From: Carcharhinus amblyrhynchos | Lineage: Eukaryota | DNA length: 64,000 nt | Direction of reading: 5' to 3' | NCBI GenBank assembly: GCA_965287045.1 | Contig: OZ336882.1 | Span: 26,536,001 to 26,600,000, forward strand | Shown here: piece after piece, positions 39,230-51,700 of the stretch | Layout: every line of letters starts with the position of its first letter | Numbering within the stretch: the stretch's first letter is position 1 | Made by a program: the position numbers and the translations under genes | Notes under the pieces: generated by a model | What the model was told of the DNA's origin: nothing | The model's database searches: none | What the model saw: only the letters and a program-made list of their open reading frames with translations

Positions 39230-39890
39230 CCCTCTCTATCTCCCTCACCCCCTCTGCCTCTCTACCTTCCTCACCCTCTCTGCCTTTCTCCCTCCTGCAC
39301 TCTCTCTAGATCCCTCACCCTCTCCCTATCTCTCTACCTCCCTCACATTCCCTGCCTTTCGATCTCCCTCACTCTCTCTGCCTCTCTATCTCCCTCACTC
39401 TCTCTGCCTCTCTATCTCCCTCACTCTCTCTGCTTTTCTACCTTCTGCACCCTCCCTAGATCCCTCACCCTCTCTCTATCTCTCTACCTCCCTCACCTCT
39501 CAGCCTCTCTACCTCCCTCACCTTCCCTGCCTCTCTACCTCCCTCGCCCTCTCTGTATCTCTCTACTTCCCTCACCCTGTCTGCCTCTCTACCTCCTTTG
39601 TCCTCTCTACCTCTCCAGCTCCCTCACCCTCTCCGCCTCTCAACCTCCTTCACCCTCTCTGCCTCTCTACCTCCCTCACCCCCTTCCTTTCTCCCTCCCT
39701 CATCCTTTCAGCCTCTTTACCTCCCTCACCCTCTCTGCCTCTCTCCCTCCCTCATCCTTTCTGCCTCTCTCCCTCCCTCACCCTCTCTGCCTCTCTCCCT
39801 CCCTCACCCTCTATGTCTTTCTACCTCCCTCACCCGTTCTGCCTCTCTACCTCCTTCGCCCTCTCTGCCTTTCTCTCTCTCTCTCCTCCT
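39230..39890. repeat. Polypyrimidine minisatellite, ~26-bp unit ctctctgcctctctacctccctcacc
   Basis: Direct inspection; nearly purine-free plus strand. Confidence 0.95.
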
Positions 39891-40813
39891 TCAAAAATGT
39901 CCCTTTAAAAAATACCGAGGTGAGTATTTATTTTGGATATCTCTCCCGTAATATCCCCTTCTGTGGGTCAGTGTCAGATTTTGTTTTACAATTTTCAAAT
40001 TCAAAGATATTTTACTGATCTAAGAGTGTATATTATTCCAAGTTGTCGTCATAGGAACATTTTTATTTGCAATTACTTCTAGTTAAATGCAAATTATATG
40101 ATTCCTTTTACTTCAAAAACCTCTGTTCAAACCCAAATTAGACTGACAGAATACAAATACTTTTACTGATCTGGCATTAATCTTGCTGTTGTCTGTAAAA
40201 AACTGAGGTGACATTAAATGATGAGATTTGTAGTAATGATGAACACTGTGTCATTCGGGACAAGTTGCTGGATGGATGGTATTGTGTTGTGCTCTGGTTC
40301 AATGCAGCAGTGAGATTTCCTTTCTTTCTGATCAATTCCTTCTTCACTGATGTGAATCTTAACCCCTTCTGCAGACAAGACTTAGCCGTAGCTCAAGTGC
40401 TGTGTTATTTCCTTCCCTTATAATCCAATCAATAACCTTTCACGTGGACGTGGCAGATTTTGATTGAAGGAGCAGATGGGACAAGGTGGAGATTTAATTG
40501 AAATTCCTTTATAAAACAAAATAGCATTCAGAAAAGAAAACACTGATAATAGGACCCTGCTGCATAGATCAACTCTCTTCCGAATGTTTCTTCAGGTTCT
40601 TATCCAGCCTTAATTATATATCATAACTTAAATTATGTAGCTGCCACCCTGCACCCAGGGGGCTGTGAAATTCAGCTCTAAATCATTATCTAAACCAGGC
40701 CAATAAACACAGTCTCGGGCTTTGGATTTCATTGTGACTATTCCAGAGTGTTCAGTGTAGAGTTCTGCCAGACTGCTATCTCTAGAAGCTAGGTACCACC
40801 ATTCTATGGTTTT

Positions 40814-41160
40814 GGGAGATGATGGCCTACTGGTATTATCACTAGACTATTAATCCAAAAACTTCTGAGGACCCGGGTTCGAATCCTGCTGTGGCAGATG
40901 GTGAAATTTGAATTCAATAAAAAGCAACTGGAATTAAGAATCTACTGATGACCATGAAACCATTGCTGATTGTTGGAAAAACCCATCTGGTTCATGAATG
41001 TTCTTTCGGGAAAGAAGTCTGCTGTCCTTACCTGGTCTGGCCTACGTGTGATTCCAGAGCCACAGCAATGTGGTTGACTCTCAACTGCTGGCAGCTAGGG
41101 ATGAGCAATAAATGCTAACCCACCAGTAACACCCATGGCCCACAAATTAATAAAAAAAAC
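40814..41160 (+). mobile_element. SINE family B
   Basis: Head gggagatgatggcctactggtattatcactagac, B-box ggttcgaatcc, tail. Confidence 0.9.
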
Positions 41161-41369
41161 TTGATGTAATTCTATTCACGTGACAACTCATTGCAATCAT
41201 TGTGCAACTGTTTTTGGCCCCTCATCTATACACTGGTCAAATTCTGTCTATCTGTTCAATGTCTGTTCATACATTCGGCCTTTTTGAATTTCAGTGGCAA
41301 CTTCAGTTGTAGTGAGTGTAAAGTCCTCACCTACTATCCCAACTGTGAAGATTGCACCTTCACAGTCTA

Positions 41370-41578
41370 TGGAGTGGAATCGGCTGCTGTCGGTGGTGGT
41401 AGAGGCGAACTCGCTGGGGTCTTTTAAAAGACTTCTGGATGAGTATATGGGATCTAATGGGATTGGGAGTTACAGATAGTTCTATGGCTTGGTAGGTATA
41501 GATGTGATTGGCGCAACTTGTGGGCCGAAGGGCCTGTTTGTGCTGTAGTGTTCTATGTTCTATTTTCTATGTTCTATA
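41370..41578 (+). mobile_element. Young CR1 3' tail
   Basis: tgggccgaagggcctgtttgtgctgtagtgttctatgttcta. Confidence 0.9.
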
Positions 41579-41967
41579 TCTGAGTCCCCATATGACAACC
41601 ATGCCAGTGCTCTATTGATAGCATTCTCTTTCAATCTGCAGTCTTTGAGATTGTAGTTCTACTATGAGAGAAGCTGTCCTTTGCTCCTTTTAGCACTCCT
41701 TCCTGCTACTCCTTTTGCCATTTCAGTATTGCAGACTTTGATCCCAGAATAACTATTTGGGGTTTCTGATCTGTTACTGGTCTGAAGGTTCGACCTAACA
41801 AAAACTGGTGAAATCTTTTGATTCTGATGGTGATTCTAAACTGTTTTACCTGTGGGTTGTTGCGTTTACTCTGAGTAGTATGCATGAAGTAAATGCGATG
41901 TGCTCCTCTTGACCGTCATCGATGTCATGACTGATCACTGCTCCAACTCTATGGTTTGAAACACCTA

Positions 41968-42805
41968 GGGCGCAATCTTCCTGTCCCACTCACCATGTGA
42001 ATTGTTGTGGGTGGGGGGAACGGACGATGCAGTAAATGACTGTTTCTTAAGTAACTTTCTTATTCTATTGTTGCTATAGAATTCATTGGTTCTACACATT
42101 GCATACTGGGTGGAAGTAGTATTGTTTGGTATGGGGAGACGTGAGTGGTCCTAACAGTTTTGGGGGAGCTATATTTCGGCATGGGGTCCATAAAGCGTGG
42201 GTGGGGGGCATGCTTTGGAATAAGGGGGCTGAGAGGCCTTTGGGAGTGGTTGGGATAATTCTCCATCATTGTCCAGTGGAGACACATTAGACATGGAACT
42301 GTATTATTATGGAAATAATTGTACAATATACCTCTAATTAAACTTTAAATTTAGCAGTCTGTAATTAGAGACTCTAAATCAATGATTATTCTTGTATAGC
42401 ATGTCTTATTATGGGGTGGGGGGGGGAGGGGGCATGATGTGCCATAGGACCATAGGGCATGGGTGAGTGCATACCTAGGTGCACGGGGGTGCATGAGAGA
42501 CCATGATATGGTTGGAGGCTATACTTTGCCACAGGAAGTTTTGGCCTCTGGTTCACAACACCCCTCTGTTGCCGTGGACTATGAGTTTTTGAAAATCTGT
42601 ACTGACTACATGAACATTGCAAAGGACTAGGTCACATCCATCCCCACAATGGAGCCAGTCAAGCCAGGGGTGCAGAGTGGGGGTCTCGCAATCCAAACCA
42701 GCCCACACCCTTAAAAGGCATTCCTGAAAACTTGGCACCCCAGCAAAGGGATTGGGAATCCTGGAAGTGCTCCCAAGTCATCCTGGCTTGGGGCAAATTC
42801 AGCCC
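41968..42805. mobile_element. Harbinger-like element containing AT-rich inserts
   Basis: Ends gggcgcaatcttcc / ggcaaattcagccc. Confidence 0.5.
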
Positions 42806-43924
42806 ACCAACTTCACAAATCAAATAATATTCCAGTTAATTTTACCTGTTTGTTATCAGTCTGTTGATGTGTTAAAGAAAGGAAGGTGCTCACCTGTCTT
42901 TCCGCTATAGACTCTCTCAGTGGAGAGAGAGATTTATTAAGGAAAGGAAGACAATGAGGATATTGAAGTTTCATAACCGAGCTACCTCTGGGGAGAGACA
43001 TTCGAAAATGGAATTGTGTTATTATGAAAAGAAGTGTATAATTTACCTCTAATTAAATCCCAAATGCAGCAGTCTGTACTTAGAAACTCAAAATCAATGA
43101 TTATCCTTGAACAACTTATGTGTATCTAAAAGCTCTCATCTCCCCTGTCCTTGCCACAAAAAAGCTGCTTCCATGCCTCTTGTGAGACTACAACTTACAG
43201 GACCACAAATAAGCTTAGCAATGCATTATAATAATGACATGCTTTTAAAAGAATCGTGATGTTTCAGCGTGCTGGAGTTGATTGCTTCTCATTGAAGGCA
43301 TTGAAATCGCCACTCAGTATTACTCTGTGCAATCCTTTTATGCCCTCACTTTTCTGAATTGTATTGCTTTACTGTAATCTTCTTCCAACATCTATGTCCA
43401 ATAGAAAATGTACCAGCTACTTGAAGAGTGAAAGGTCTTCCCTGTTAAAATGTGTGACGTTTTGATTAGTATTAGTGAAATGAGGTGAGATTCACCATTA
43501 TTTTCTGTCAATGATATTTTGGAAGACATGAAACCATCTCTACACATGGAGCAGGCAACAAGCAAATGAGCATTGGAAATTTAAAATAGATGGGTTACAT
43601 TAGTTGACTGAATAACAACATATAAATTTGTTAATTCTTTAGTCTGCCAGTATGGTCTTCTATCATTTCGGGGCTTAAATTAAAACACACACACACTTTT
43701 AGAAACCATAAGGATGACTTGTGTTGGTATGGAAAAGTGCTTCACTGGTAAGCTCGGTGGTAATCTTCTGATGTTGGGCAGTTAGATCGTCACCAGCATG
43801 TAAAGGTGCTATAATAGCCTGGGAGAACTTTATGCTGATACTGTAGCTGTAATTTTACTGTCCCTAGGGTGACAGGCGACAGGCTGGGAAGCAAGTATGC
43901 TGGTAAAGTACCATGATAATATAG

Positions 43925-44187
43925 CACTTTACCAGTATAACTGTGATTATCCTTCTCTCCACTCACACTGTTTGAACCTGTAAAGATTTGATTACCTGTA
44001 AAGACTTGCATTCCAACCATTCTTCACGTTCCATTCTGTTACTATCTTGCAATTGTGCCGTTATCTATATATGCTGTGTTTGCGAACCTACCTCCACTCA
44101 CTTGATGAAGGAGCAGTGCTCCGAAAGCTCATGATTCCAGATAAACCTGTCGGATTTTAACCTGGTGTTGTGAGACTTCTTACTGTA
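43925..44187 (+). mobile_element. Penelope family 1-related pseudo-LTR with hammerhead motif (44099-44133)
   Basis: cacttgatgaaggagcagtgctccgaaagctcatg followed by aaacctgtcggattttaacctggtgttgtgagacttcttac. Confidence 0.85.
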
Positions 44188-44529
44188 AAGCAGCAGAGAG
44201 CCCATGCCAAGATGTCTCTCTGATGCAGTTACACTAATTGAGTGCTGGAACAACTGCCTGCCAAACAGACGCAGGCAGGCAATCTGAATAGTTAATGGTT
44301 CAATTAAGGGCCATTTTCCTGAGCTGTGGCCATTTTGCCAATTGCAGAGAACATCACAACCCCCCAAACCTCCCACTATTTGGAAGTCTGCCAGCTCCAT
44401 ATTGGTGGCCTCCAAGTGGCTTCCCGGTGATAGGCTCTATGAAAAAAAGACGAGAGTGCAGGCAAGGAAGGCAGCCTCAGTAAAGTGGTTTTCTCTCTGA
44501 CACTAGGCCCAAAATATTTTTCCTACGTG

Positions 44530-45346
44530 TGTTATGAGTCGGAGAAAATTAAGATTAAATAAAACAAAGTAAAAGCAGCAAGTTGATCGGAGGCAGATGG
44601 CTGGAGAAATGATGATGCGTGAATTAGCCTACCACTGGAAAACAAGTATGTGGCGAGAGCAAACAGTGGGGCTATGGAAGTGGTAACTTCAGAGTGGAGG
44701 GGTAAGGAAATTCAAACGTTTCTGCTGAAAGCCAACTACACAGGCTAAATAACGTCAAAGGGAGTGAAACAGGATAACTGTCGAACCCTAACTAAGGAGG
44801 ATAAGAAGAAAAAGAAAAACGACAGAACTGCAGCAAGTTTCTGAGAGAAGCAGCCATTTGTGGAGCAGGCTTGATGGGCCGAATGGCCTAATCCTATGTC
44901 TTATTGTCTTTGCTGAACCAGACGCTTTTTTCCCCAGATGCGGCAACCTTAACAAGGTTGTGGTCATTATTTGCTGGATTTTGCTCATTGAGTTACTTAA
45001 CATTGGATATTGTTTGGGAAAAGGTGCGTATCAGAACTCAGGTAAAGTGTAGGTAGTTTTCAGGGCCAAGGGATAGTTTCTTGTAAAATTATGTGTATAT
45101 AGCTGTCAGTATCCTTAAATGTCGTAGTTTATTATAGTGCTTCTTGTCGTGTGTGTTTGTGTTCCTTTTAAGTTAATGAATGTTCCTTATTAATTGTTCA
45201 CGCAGTGAGTGGACCGTTTCCTCACTGTGTTGTACATTGTTCCTCACGTAATACCAGAAAAAATACACCGCTATAAACTGGTGTTCCAAGTTACCTTTCA
45301 GGGTTTTGGGATAGCCTTGCATTTAAATTCAGTGTAGTTTGTAACA
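44530..45346 (+). mobile_element. Solo LTR (Gypsy-like)
   Basis: TGTTA...TAACA termini; 4-bp flanks cgtg/catg consistent with a TSD altered by CpG decay. Confidence 0.65.
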
Positions 45347-45424
45347 CATGCTGAGGTCACCTGCATTCCTCAACATGGACTACTCTGTTGGTGGCTCTGC
45401 TGAGGCTTCAGGGCCACAACTCTT

Positions 45425-45870
45425 ATAGAACATAGAACACTACAGCACAAACAGGCCCTTCGGCCCACAAGTTGCGCCGATCATATCCATACCTACCAGA
45501 CCATAGAACTATCTGCAACTCCCAATCCCATTAAATCCCATGTACTCATCCAGAAGTCTTTTAAAAGACCCCTGCGAGTTCGCCTCCACCACCACCGACG
45601 CAGCCGATTCCACTCACTCACCACCCTCTGAGTGAAAAACTTACCCCTGACATCTCTTCTGTACTTGCTCCCCAGCACCTTAAACCTGTGTCCTCTCATA
45701 GCGACTATTTCAGCCCTGGGAAATAGCCTATGAGAATCCACCCTATCTATACCTCTCAACATTTTATAAACCTCTATCAACCTTCGTCTCTCCAGGGAGA
45801 AGAGACCTAGCTCCCTCAACCTATCTTCATAAGGCATACCTCCCAATCCAGGCAATATCCTAGTAAATCT
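45425..45870 (-). mobile_element. Young CR1 3' fragment
   Basis: ORF: RFTRILPGLGGMPYEDRLRELGLFSLERRRL...GKFFTQRVVSEWN. Confidence 0.93.
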
Positions 45871-46404
45871 AAATGATTGGGTTGAAAACAGGGACAGCCC
45901 ACCCACTGTAATTGGATGGTGGGACTGGTGGCGGTCAATTAGGTAAATTGCAGATACAGTCCCACTGCCCCAGCCCTGTGGGCCTAAGGCCTACATATCA
46001 CTCCAACTTCAGGACTTCCCCATCCTGAACAAAATTCCGTTCTGTGTTCCAAAAATAGAGAAGTGTTTCACATCCCAGTACAATGGTCCCTTCTTTCAAG
46101 ACGATATATAACAATGTAAGTGCTGCAGTCAAATTACAAAATTACTCCAGCATGATCTATTCTGTGTAGCTTTAAAGCAGATGCTTGTATGAATACCAAA
46201 TACTGATATATGCTAGCATATTACTATATATATTCAGAACCCTATTTAGAAACAATAGAAATCTCTCCTTGGAATCTCTAATGCTGTATGTTTTGACAGT
46301 AAGTATTGTGAAAATAGTTTAAAACAGCTGAAGCACCCACCCCCCCCATAGGCTCGAAAATAAATGATAAGATTAATTAACTATCTATGAATGCTGAGGA
46401 GAGA

Positions 46405-46780
46405 CCCAGTAGAAGTCTATAAAATTATGAGAGGCATACAAAGGGTTGGCAGTCAGAATCTTTTTCCCAGAGTTGAAATGTCTAATCCTAACGGGCATGC
46501 ACTTGAGGTGAGAGAGGGGAAACTTCAAAGGAAATGTGAGGGGCAAGTTTTTTTACACGGAGAGTGGTAGGTGTCTAGAACTCGCTGCCAGGGATGGTGG
46601 TGCAGGCAGAGACAATAGGGACATTTAAGGTGCTTTTAGATAAGCACATGAATATGCAATGAATAGAGGGATATGAACCAAGGGCAGGCAGAAGGGGTTA
46701 GTTTCATTTGGCATCATGTTCGACACAACATCTTAAGCTGATGGGCCTGTTCCTGTGCTGTGCAGTTCATATGTTCAATG
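46405..46780 (+). mobile_element. CR1 3' fragment
   Basis: EVYKIMRG...FFTRRVVGV*NSLP and 3' UTR. Confidence 0.85.
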
Positions 46781-48051
46781 TGACAAGACTGATGATGGAT
46801 GTCAGCTGTGGCTGCGATATGGACCCTGGTGTCCCAGTCAATAGTACAGAGCGCTAGTGTACTGCATCACCTGAAGAAACAGATAACTGCGTTTGCAGCT
46901 TCTGTATTTTTAGATTTCTTTCAACAAATAAAATCTCAATACGTTTCCTAAAATTACAGACTGGAAAAGCTGAGCTTTTCACCTTTTTTGTATGAAACAA
47001 GTGGTGGTTAAACAAGGGGAATGGTCAGTGCAGCATACACAGCTGATCAACAAAGTAATATATACACTTGGAACAACCATAGTGAGCAGAAACTAAGAAG
47101 GATGAGAAAGACATAAGCAACTTTGAGACAAATTCACCCCTGTGGGCATACCTCTCCACATTAATCAGGCAGTAGTATTGATGGGGATCAGGGAGCAGTC
47201 ATAGTGATGAAATGTTATTTACTGCATGCAGTGTCAAAGGTGGGAAAGAAGCAAAGAAATAAACAGCTGAGAAGAGGGGACATCAAGGAATAGGAGCAGC
47301 TTATTTCTGCTATGAAATGGGATTTTCAATGATAACAAGTTGGAGTCATTATTAATAGACAGCAGGAAAGGATGATTTTGCTACATCAAAATCAGAAGTT
47401 GTGACAGCTGCTGCCTCCACTAATTTGGGGACAGAGATGTACAGTACAAAATATTTCAACATAGGACCGAGGATGCCAAAATATTAAGTATCTGCAAAGG
47501 TTTGGGAGCAGGTTGCAGATTGGCATGACTTTACTGATTAAATTGGTGTTCTGTTTTTCCTTATGACCACAACCTGGTCATATCACATTTCTGTTAGCTA
47601 TGGTACAGTTGATGTGGCTGGTAATTCTTGTAAATTCCTTGCTGCGGATAACAAAGTGTCTCTTCACATCTGGAGTTTGATGAAGTGACCTTAATTGTTG
47701 GATATAGTCCAAACATTTGGTGACTTAAAGATTCTCCAAACTGCTTTGTCATTTGCAATGATTATCAGGTACAATGAATGCAGGACAATGACTGTCTAAT
47801 CTTGGATAGTCCTTTAATTAAGACAGTATAAAACTATTAATAATATTGTATCAAGCTACTTACATTCCTGAAGATGTAGTTGAATAAATGTTTGATTTGC
47901 AGGGGAATGTTGACGAAGAGAGTCCGTCTGCTGGGGAATAGTGTTTCATGGCGGACTAGAAATATGTACGTAACACCGCTGTTACTGAAGAAGTTAGCAA
48001 TTGTTACACTATTTTGGCAGAAAAGATCACAGGCAAAAAGAAACAGACAAT

Positions 48052-48187
48052 GAATGGAATCTTACCACTGTTCACATTGATTGGATTTTCCCATCCTGCC
48101 GCAGTAAACGGACATTTGGCTGGTCGCCAAATTCTCCCATCTCGCTGCAGCGGAACTGTGGCACGAACAGGCGGTAAGATTGCGTCC
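48052..48187. mobile_element. Harbinger-type MITE
   Basis: TIR gaatggaatcttacc / ggtaagattgcgtcc; 3-bp TSD AAT on both sides. Confidence 0.75.
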
Positions 48188-48257
48188 AATGAGTGACTTG
48201 ATCAGATGTGGCGAGAGGAGAGGAGAAAGAGAAATGACACAATTTAGTTAATGGTAA

Positions 48258-48477
48258 GATATTGTGGAGATGCTGGTGTTGAACTGGGGTGGGCACAGTA
48301 AGAAGTCTCTTCCAATACCAGGTTAAAGTCTAACAGGTTTATTTGGTATCACAAGCTTTTGGAGCGTTGCTCCTTCATGAGGTGAGTGAATCACCTGATG
48401 AAGGAACAGGGCTCCAAAAGTTTGTGATACCAAATAAATCTGCTGGACTTTAACCTGGCATTGTGAGGCTTCTTACA
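48258..48477. mobile_element. Penelope-derived inverted mini-element (hairpin) with a degenerate hammerhead on each strand
   Basis: 48298-48384 is the reverse complement of 48391-48477; only the left arm carries the ~38-nt tail. Confidence 0.9.
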
Positions 48478-49709
48478 ATGGTAAGATGGGAATGGGGAGA
48501 ATAAGAGAAGTTTGCAACACCATTCAAAAAAAACTAAAGAAGTAGAAAACATGCAATGTGTTTGAGTGGGATGTTGATCCACCAGGAGGAACCCTTCAGT
48601 TGTAGGCAATAAAATAAAACAAGACTTACTCCAAATTATAAATCAAAGGAAAATGTTTAATAATGAAACTTCATTACTCTAACTCTTGAGGCCACGCCCT
48701 GGGGTATTCCAAGCTCCCATAAACCCTGTCAGCTGACCACCACATCATTTTGTCATTGGTTACATAGTTTACTGGGTCAGCTGACCTTAACAGCATGTTA
48801 CCATTGGGCACATTACAACAGATCCAATGTTATAATTGGTTTCAATCAAACACGGTGATTTTCATTGTAACTTAATTGCAGTGTGAACGTAAGCCTGCTT
48901 GTGACTAATAAATAAACTTTACTTTTAACTTGGGACATTGTGGACATTGGAGTGATAAACTGAAAGGGGTAGTGAAAAGATGAGCGTAATCTGAGAAGAC
49001 CAGAGATAGGAGCAGAACAACAAACATGCTTGTGGACTGATAATGTTGATGGAGGCACCAAGGTTCAAAACTCAGTGGGGTACTGGGAAAGCATGTAAAA
49101 AATCAATCACAAGGAGGAGGGAGTCAACAAATAAAAGGAGAGTTGCCTCCCTATAGCAAGGGAAGAAGAGAAAGGACCTGTGATTGGAGAATCTGGGTCA
49201 TTATACTGGCTGATCCCAAAGTTTCCACCCGGATGAGGGAGAACAGGGTGGGAGGAAGAAGCAGGGGACCTCACTCAATGGCACGCTACACGAACCATGG
49301 CTGCAGTGCCTGAGTTGGGGGTTTGGGAGATCCTGGCCGAGACTCAGAGGATGAACAGGCCAGGGATGAGAATCCCGGTGGGAGAAAAAAGCAGCAGGAG
49401 GTGCAGACAGAGGCAAAGGAGATAGAGAAAGAATGGGGCCTTCAACTGGATGAATGCAGCTGTTTAGCTGTAAAATTCTTTAAAGACACCAACACCTTGG
49501 CCTGCAGGCAGACTGCAAAGGAGCATTGGTTTTGACCTTCTTTACAACATGGAGCCGGGGCAGAGCCACATTCAGAAACAGAGGCATTTGGAATGTTTTC
49601 TGCACCACATTAAGGGCAGTGGTGAATGGTTCAAGCAATACACAATCTCAAGGAAGTTATGGCTGTCTGGTGAATTGATGGTGGTGCTGTTGGTGCTGTT
49701 GGCTATGAT

Positions 49710-50028
49710 GCGGCACGGTGGCACAATGGCGAGCACTGCTGCCTCACAGCTCTAGGATACCAGGTTCAATTCTGGTCTTGGGTCAATGTCTGTGTGGAGC
49801 TTGCACATTCTCCTTGTGTCTGCGTGGGTTTCCTCCGGGTGCTCTGGTTCCCTCCCACTGTCCAAAGATGTGTGGGTTAGGTTGATTGGCTATGGTAAAA
49901 TTGACCCGAGTGTCAGGGGATTAGCAGGGTAAATGTGTGGGGTTATGAGAATAGGGCCTGGATGGGATTGTGGTCAGTGTCAAATCGATGGGCCGAACTG
50001 GCATCCTTCTGCACCAGAGAGATTCTGT
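49710..50028 (+). mobile_element. HE1-type V-SINE
   Basis: Head, core and tail present. Confidence 0.9.
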
Positions 50029-50675
50029 GCTGCCAGTGCATTTTCACCTGAACTTTCGGATTGCTTTTTTTGCATATTATTTAAATTGATTGCATAATTC
50101 CCTTCATTCCACCTCTGAATCTGAAACTTCAATAAATCATTAAAAATAATAGTTTGTAACAAGGTGTGAGAATCAGTAAACTTTCAAAGGAAAACTATTT
50201 TGCAGGGCAATGGGACAAGAATAGGAAGGAGTGAGGACCAATTTGCTGAGCTCTCTCTTAAAGAGCTGACACAGGCATGATTTGTATACAGTCTTTCAAT
50301 GTCCATTGTAAAAAGCATGACATAGGGTGTGTGGAGATTTACATTGTACCCTCCAGGGCCAGGGACTATGGCAGTGCCCCGCACTGTTCAGCATCGATAG
50401 GGAAGTTGAGGAACCTAATTAGGTCCTCCATATGGGGTGAGTGAAGGGTAAGTTGTTGCAATTAGTCAGTTAACTACTTTGTAAAGTGGCATTAATTAGG
50501 AAATCCAGGGTTATGGGAATATGTGGATTTGAGAGTTTTCACATCAAATCAGCCATGATCTTACTGAATGGCAGAGCAGACCTGATGAGCCAAATGACCT
50601 ACTTCTGCTACTTTGTCTTCTAGTCTTTTTTGTTTTTGTTTTTAATATAACTAGAACACTTCTTTAGATCTTCAT

Positions 50676-51032
50676 GGGTGGCATGGTGACATAGTGATCA
50701 AGCAGTGCTGCCTCACAATGACAGGGACCCGGGTTCAATTCTGGCCTTGGGTGACCATTTGAATGAAGTTTGCACATTCTCCCTGTGTCTGCATGAGTTT
50801 CCTCAGGGGGCTCTGGTTCCCTCCCACTGTCCAGGGATTTGCAGGTTAGGTGGATTGGCCATGGTAAATTTCCCCTTAGTGTCCAAACATGTGTAGGTTA
50901 AGGAGATTAGTAAAGTAAATAGCTGGGGCTATGGGCCGGGGGGTGGGGGGGGACTACTCTGTCAGAGAGTCAGTGCAGACTTGAAGGGCCAAATGGCCTC
51001 CTTCTACACTATAGGGATTCTACGATTCTATG
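50676..51032 (+). mobile_element. HE1-type V-SINE
   Basis: Head, core and tail ending gattctacgattctatg. Confidence 0.88.
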
Positions 51033-51519
51033 CCAAGAAGTTCCAACTTATGTCTCATTGATGATCATACAAGGAGGTGAATTAACTTTAAAGTAATCAC
51101 TGAAGATTGAATTATATGTGAATCAAGCCATTGTTATCTGATGGTTGGTTTTGTGCTGCAGAATTAATATGTGTGTATTCCCGGTGCTGCACAGTTGGAT
51201 TTTTGGAAGTCTATATCCTGATGTATTTGTCAACACTCAATTTTAATCGGAAGTGTTGAGGCAAAAGAAACTTGAAATTGGCAGAAAAAAACCAAGAGGT
51301 GATGTAGAGTGCTGACTGCTTACAATTTTTTTTTTAAGTACACTGCAGATGTGAGATTCATTCCCAATAAGTTATGTTTGCCATTTTGAAAACTTGAGTA
51401 TGGGAGATTTGTTTATGATAGATTGACTAAACATCTTATTTATAGATTCTAAGTTAGAAGATGTAATAATGCATACACAGATTTTAGTATTTGTGCTGCT
51501 TTATCTACCTAAAGAAGGA

Positions 51520-51700
51520 AACATAGAAACATAGAAGAAAGGAGCAGGAGAAGGCCATTTGGCCTGCTCTGCCATTCATTATGATCATGGCTGATTGTCC
51601 AACTCAATAGCCTAATGCTGCTTTGCTCCCATAACCTTTGATCCCCGTTCGCCCCAGATGCTATATGTAGCTGCCTCTTGAATATATTCAATATTTTGGA
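51520..51700 (-). mobile_element. CR1 3' tail
   Basis: aaacatagaaacatagaag...ggccatttggcc. Confidence 0.8.

Larger units (their letters stand above)
37790..39990 (+). mobile_element. Old L2 LINE 3' part interrupted by CR1 (37963-38730) and a minisatellite expansion
   Basis: DCLSDVRCW..., later QLRDIVQTQPLLSSSVTENIIRAF and CLSFNILILVFKSIHDL, typical of L2 ORF2 C-terminus. Confidence 0.7.

Noticed and set aside
39039-40018. Two longest ORFs (289 and 288 aa)
   Set aside because: Leu/Ser/Pro low-complexity read-through of a CT minisatellite, open in several frames because stops are absent
49080-49710. GC/purine-rich stretch that might be a Harbinger transposase remnant
   Set aside because: No DDE/HARBI1 motifs recoverable in translation
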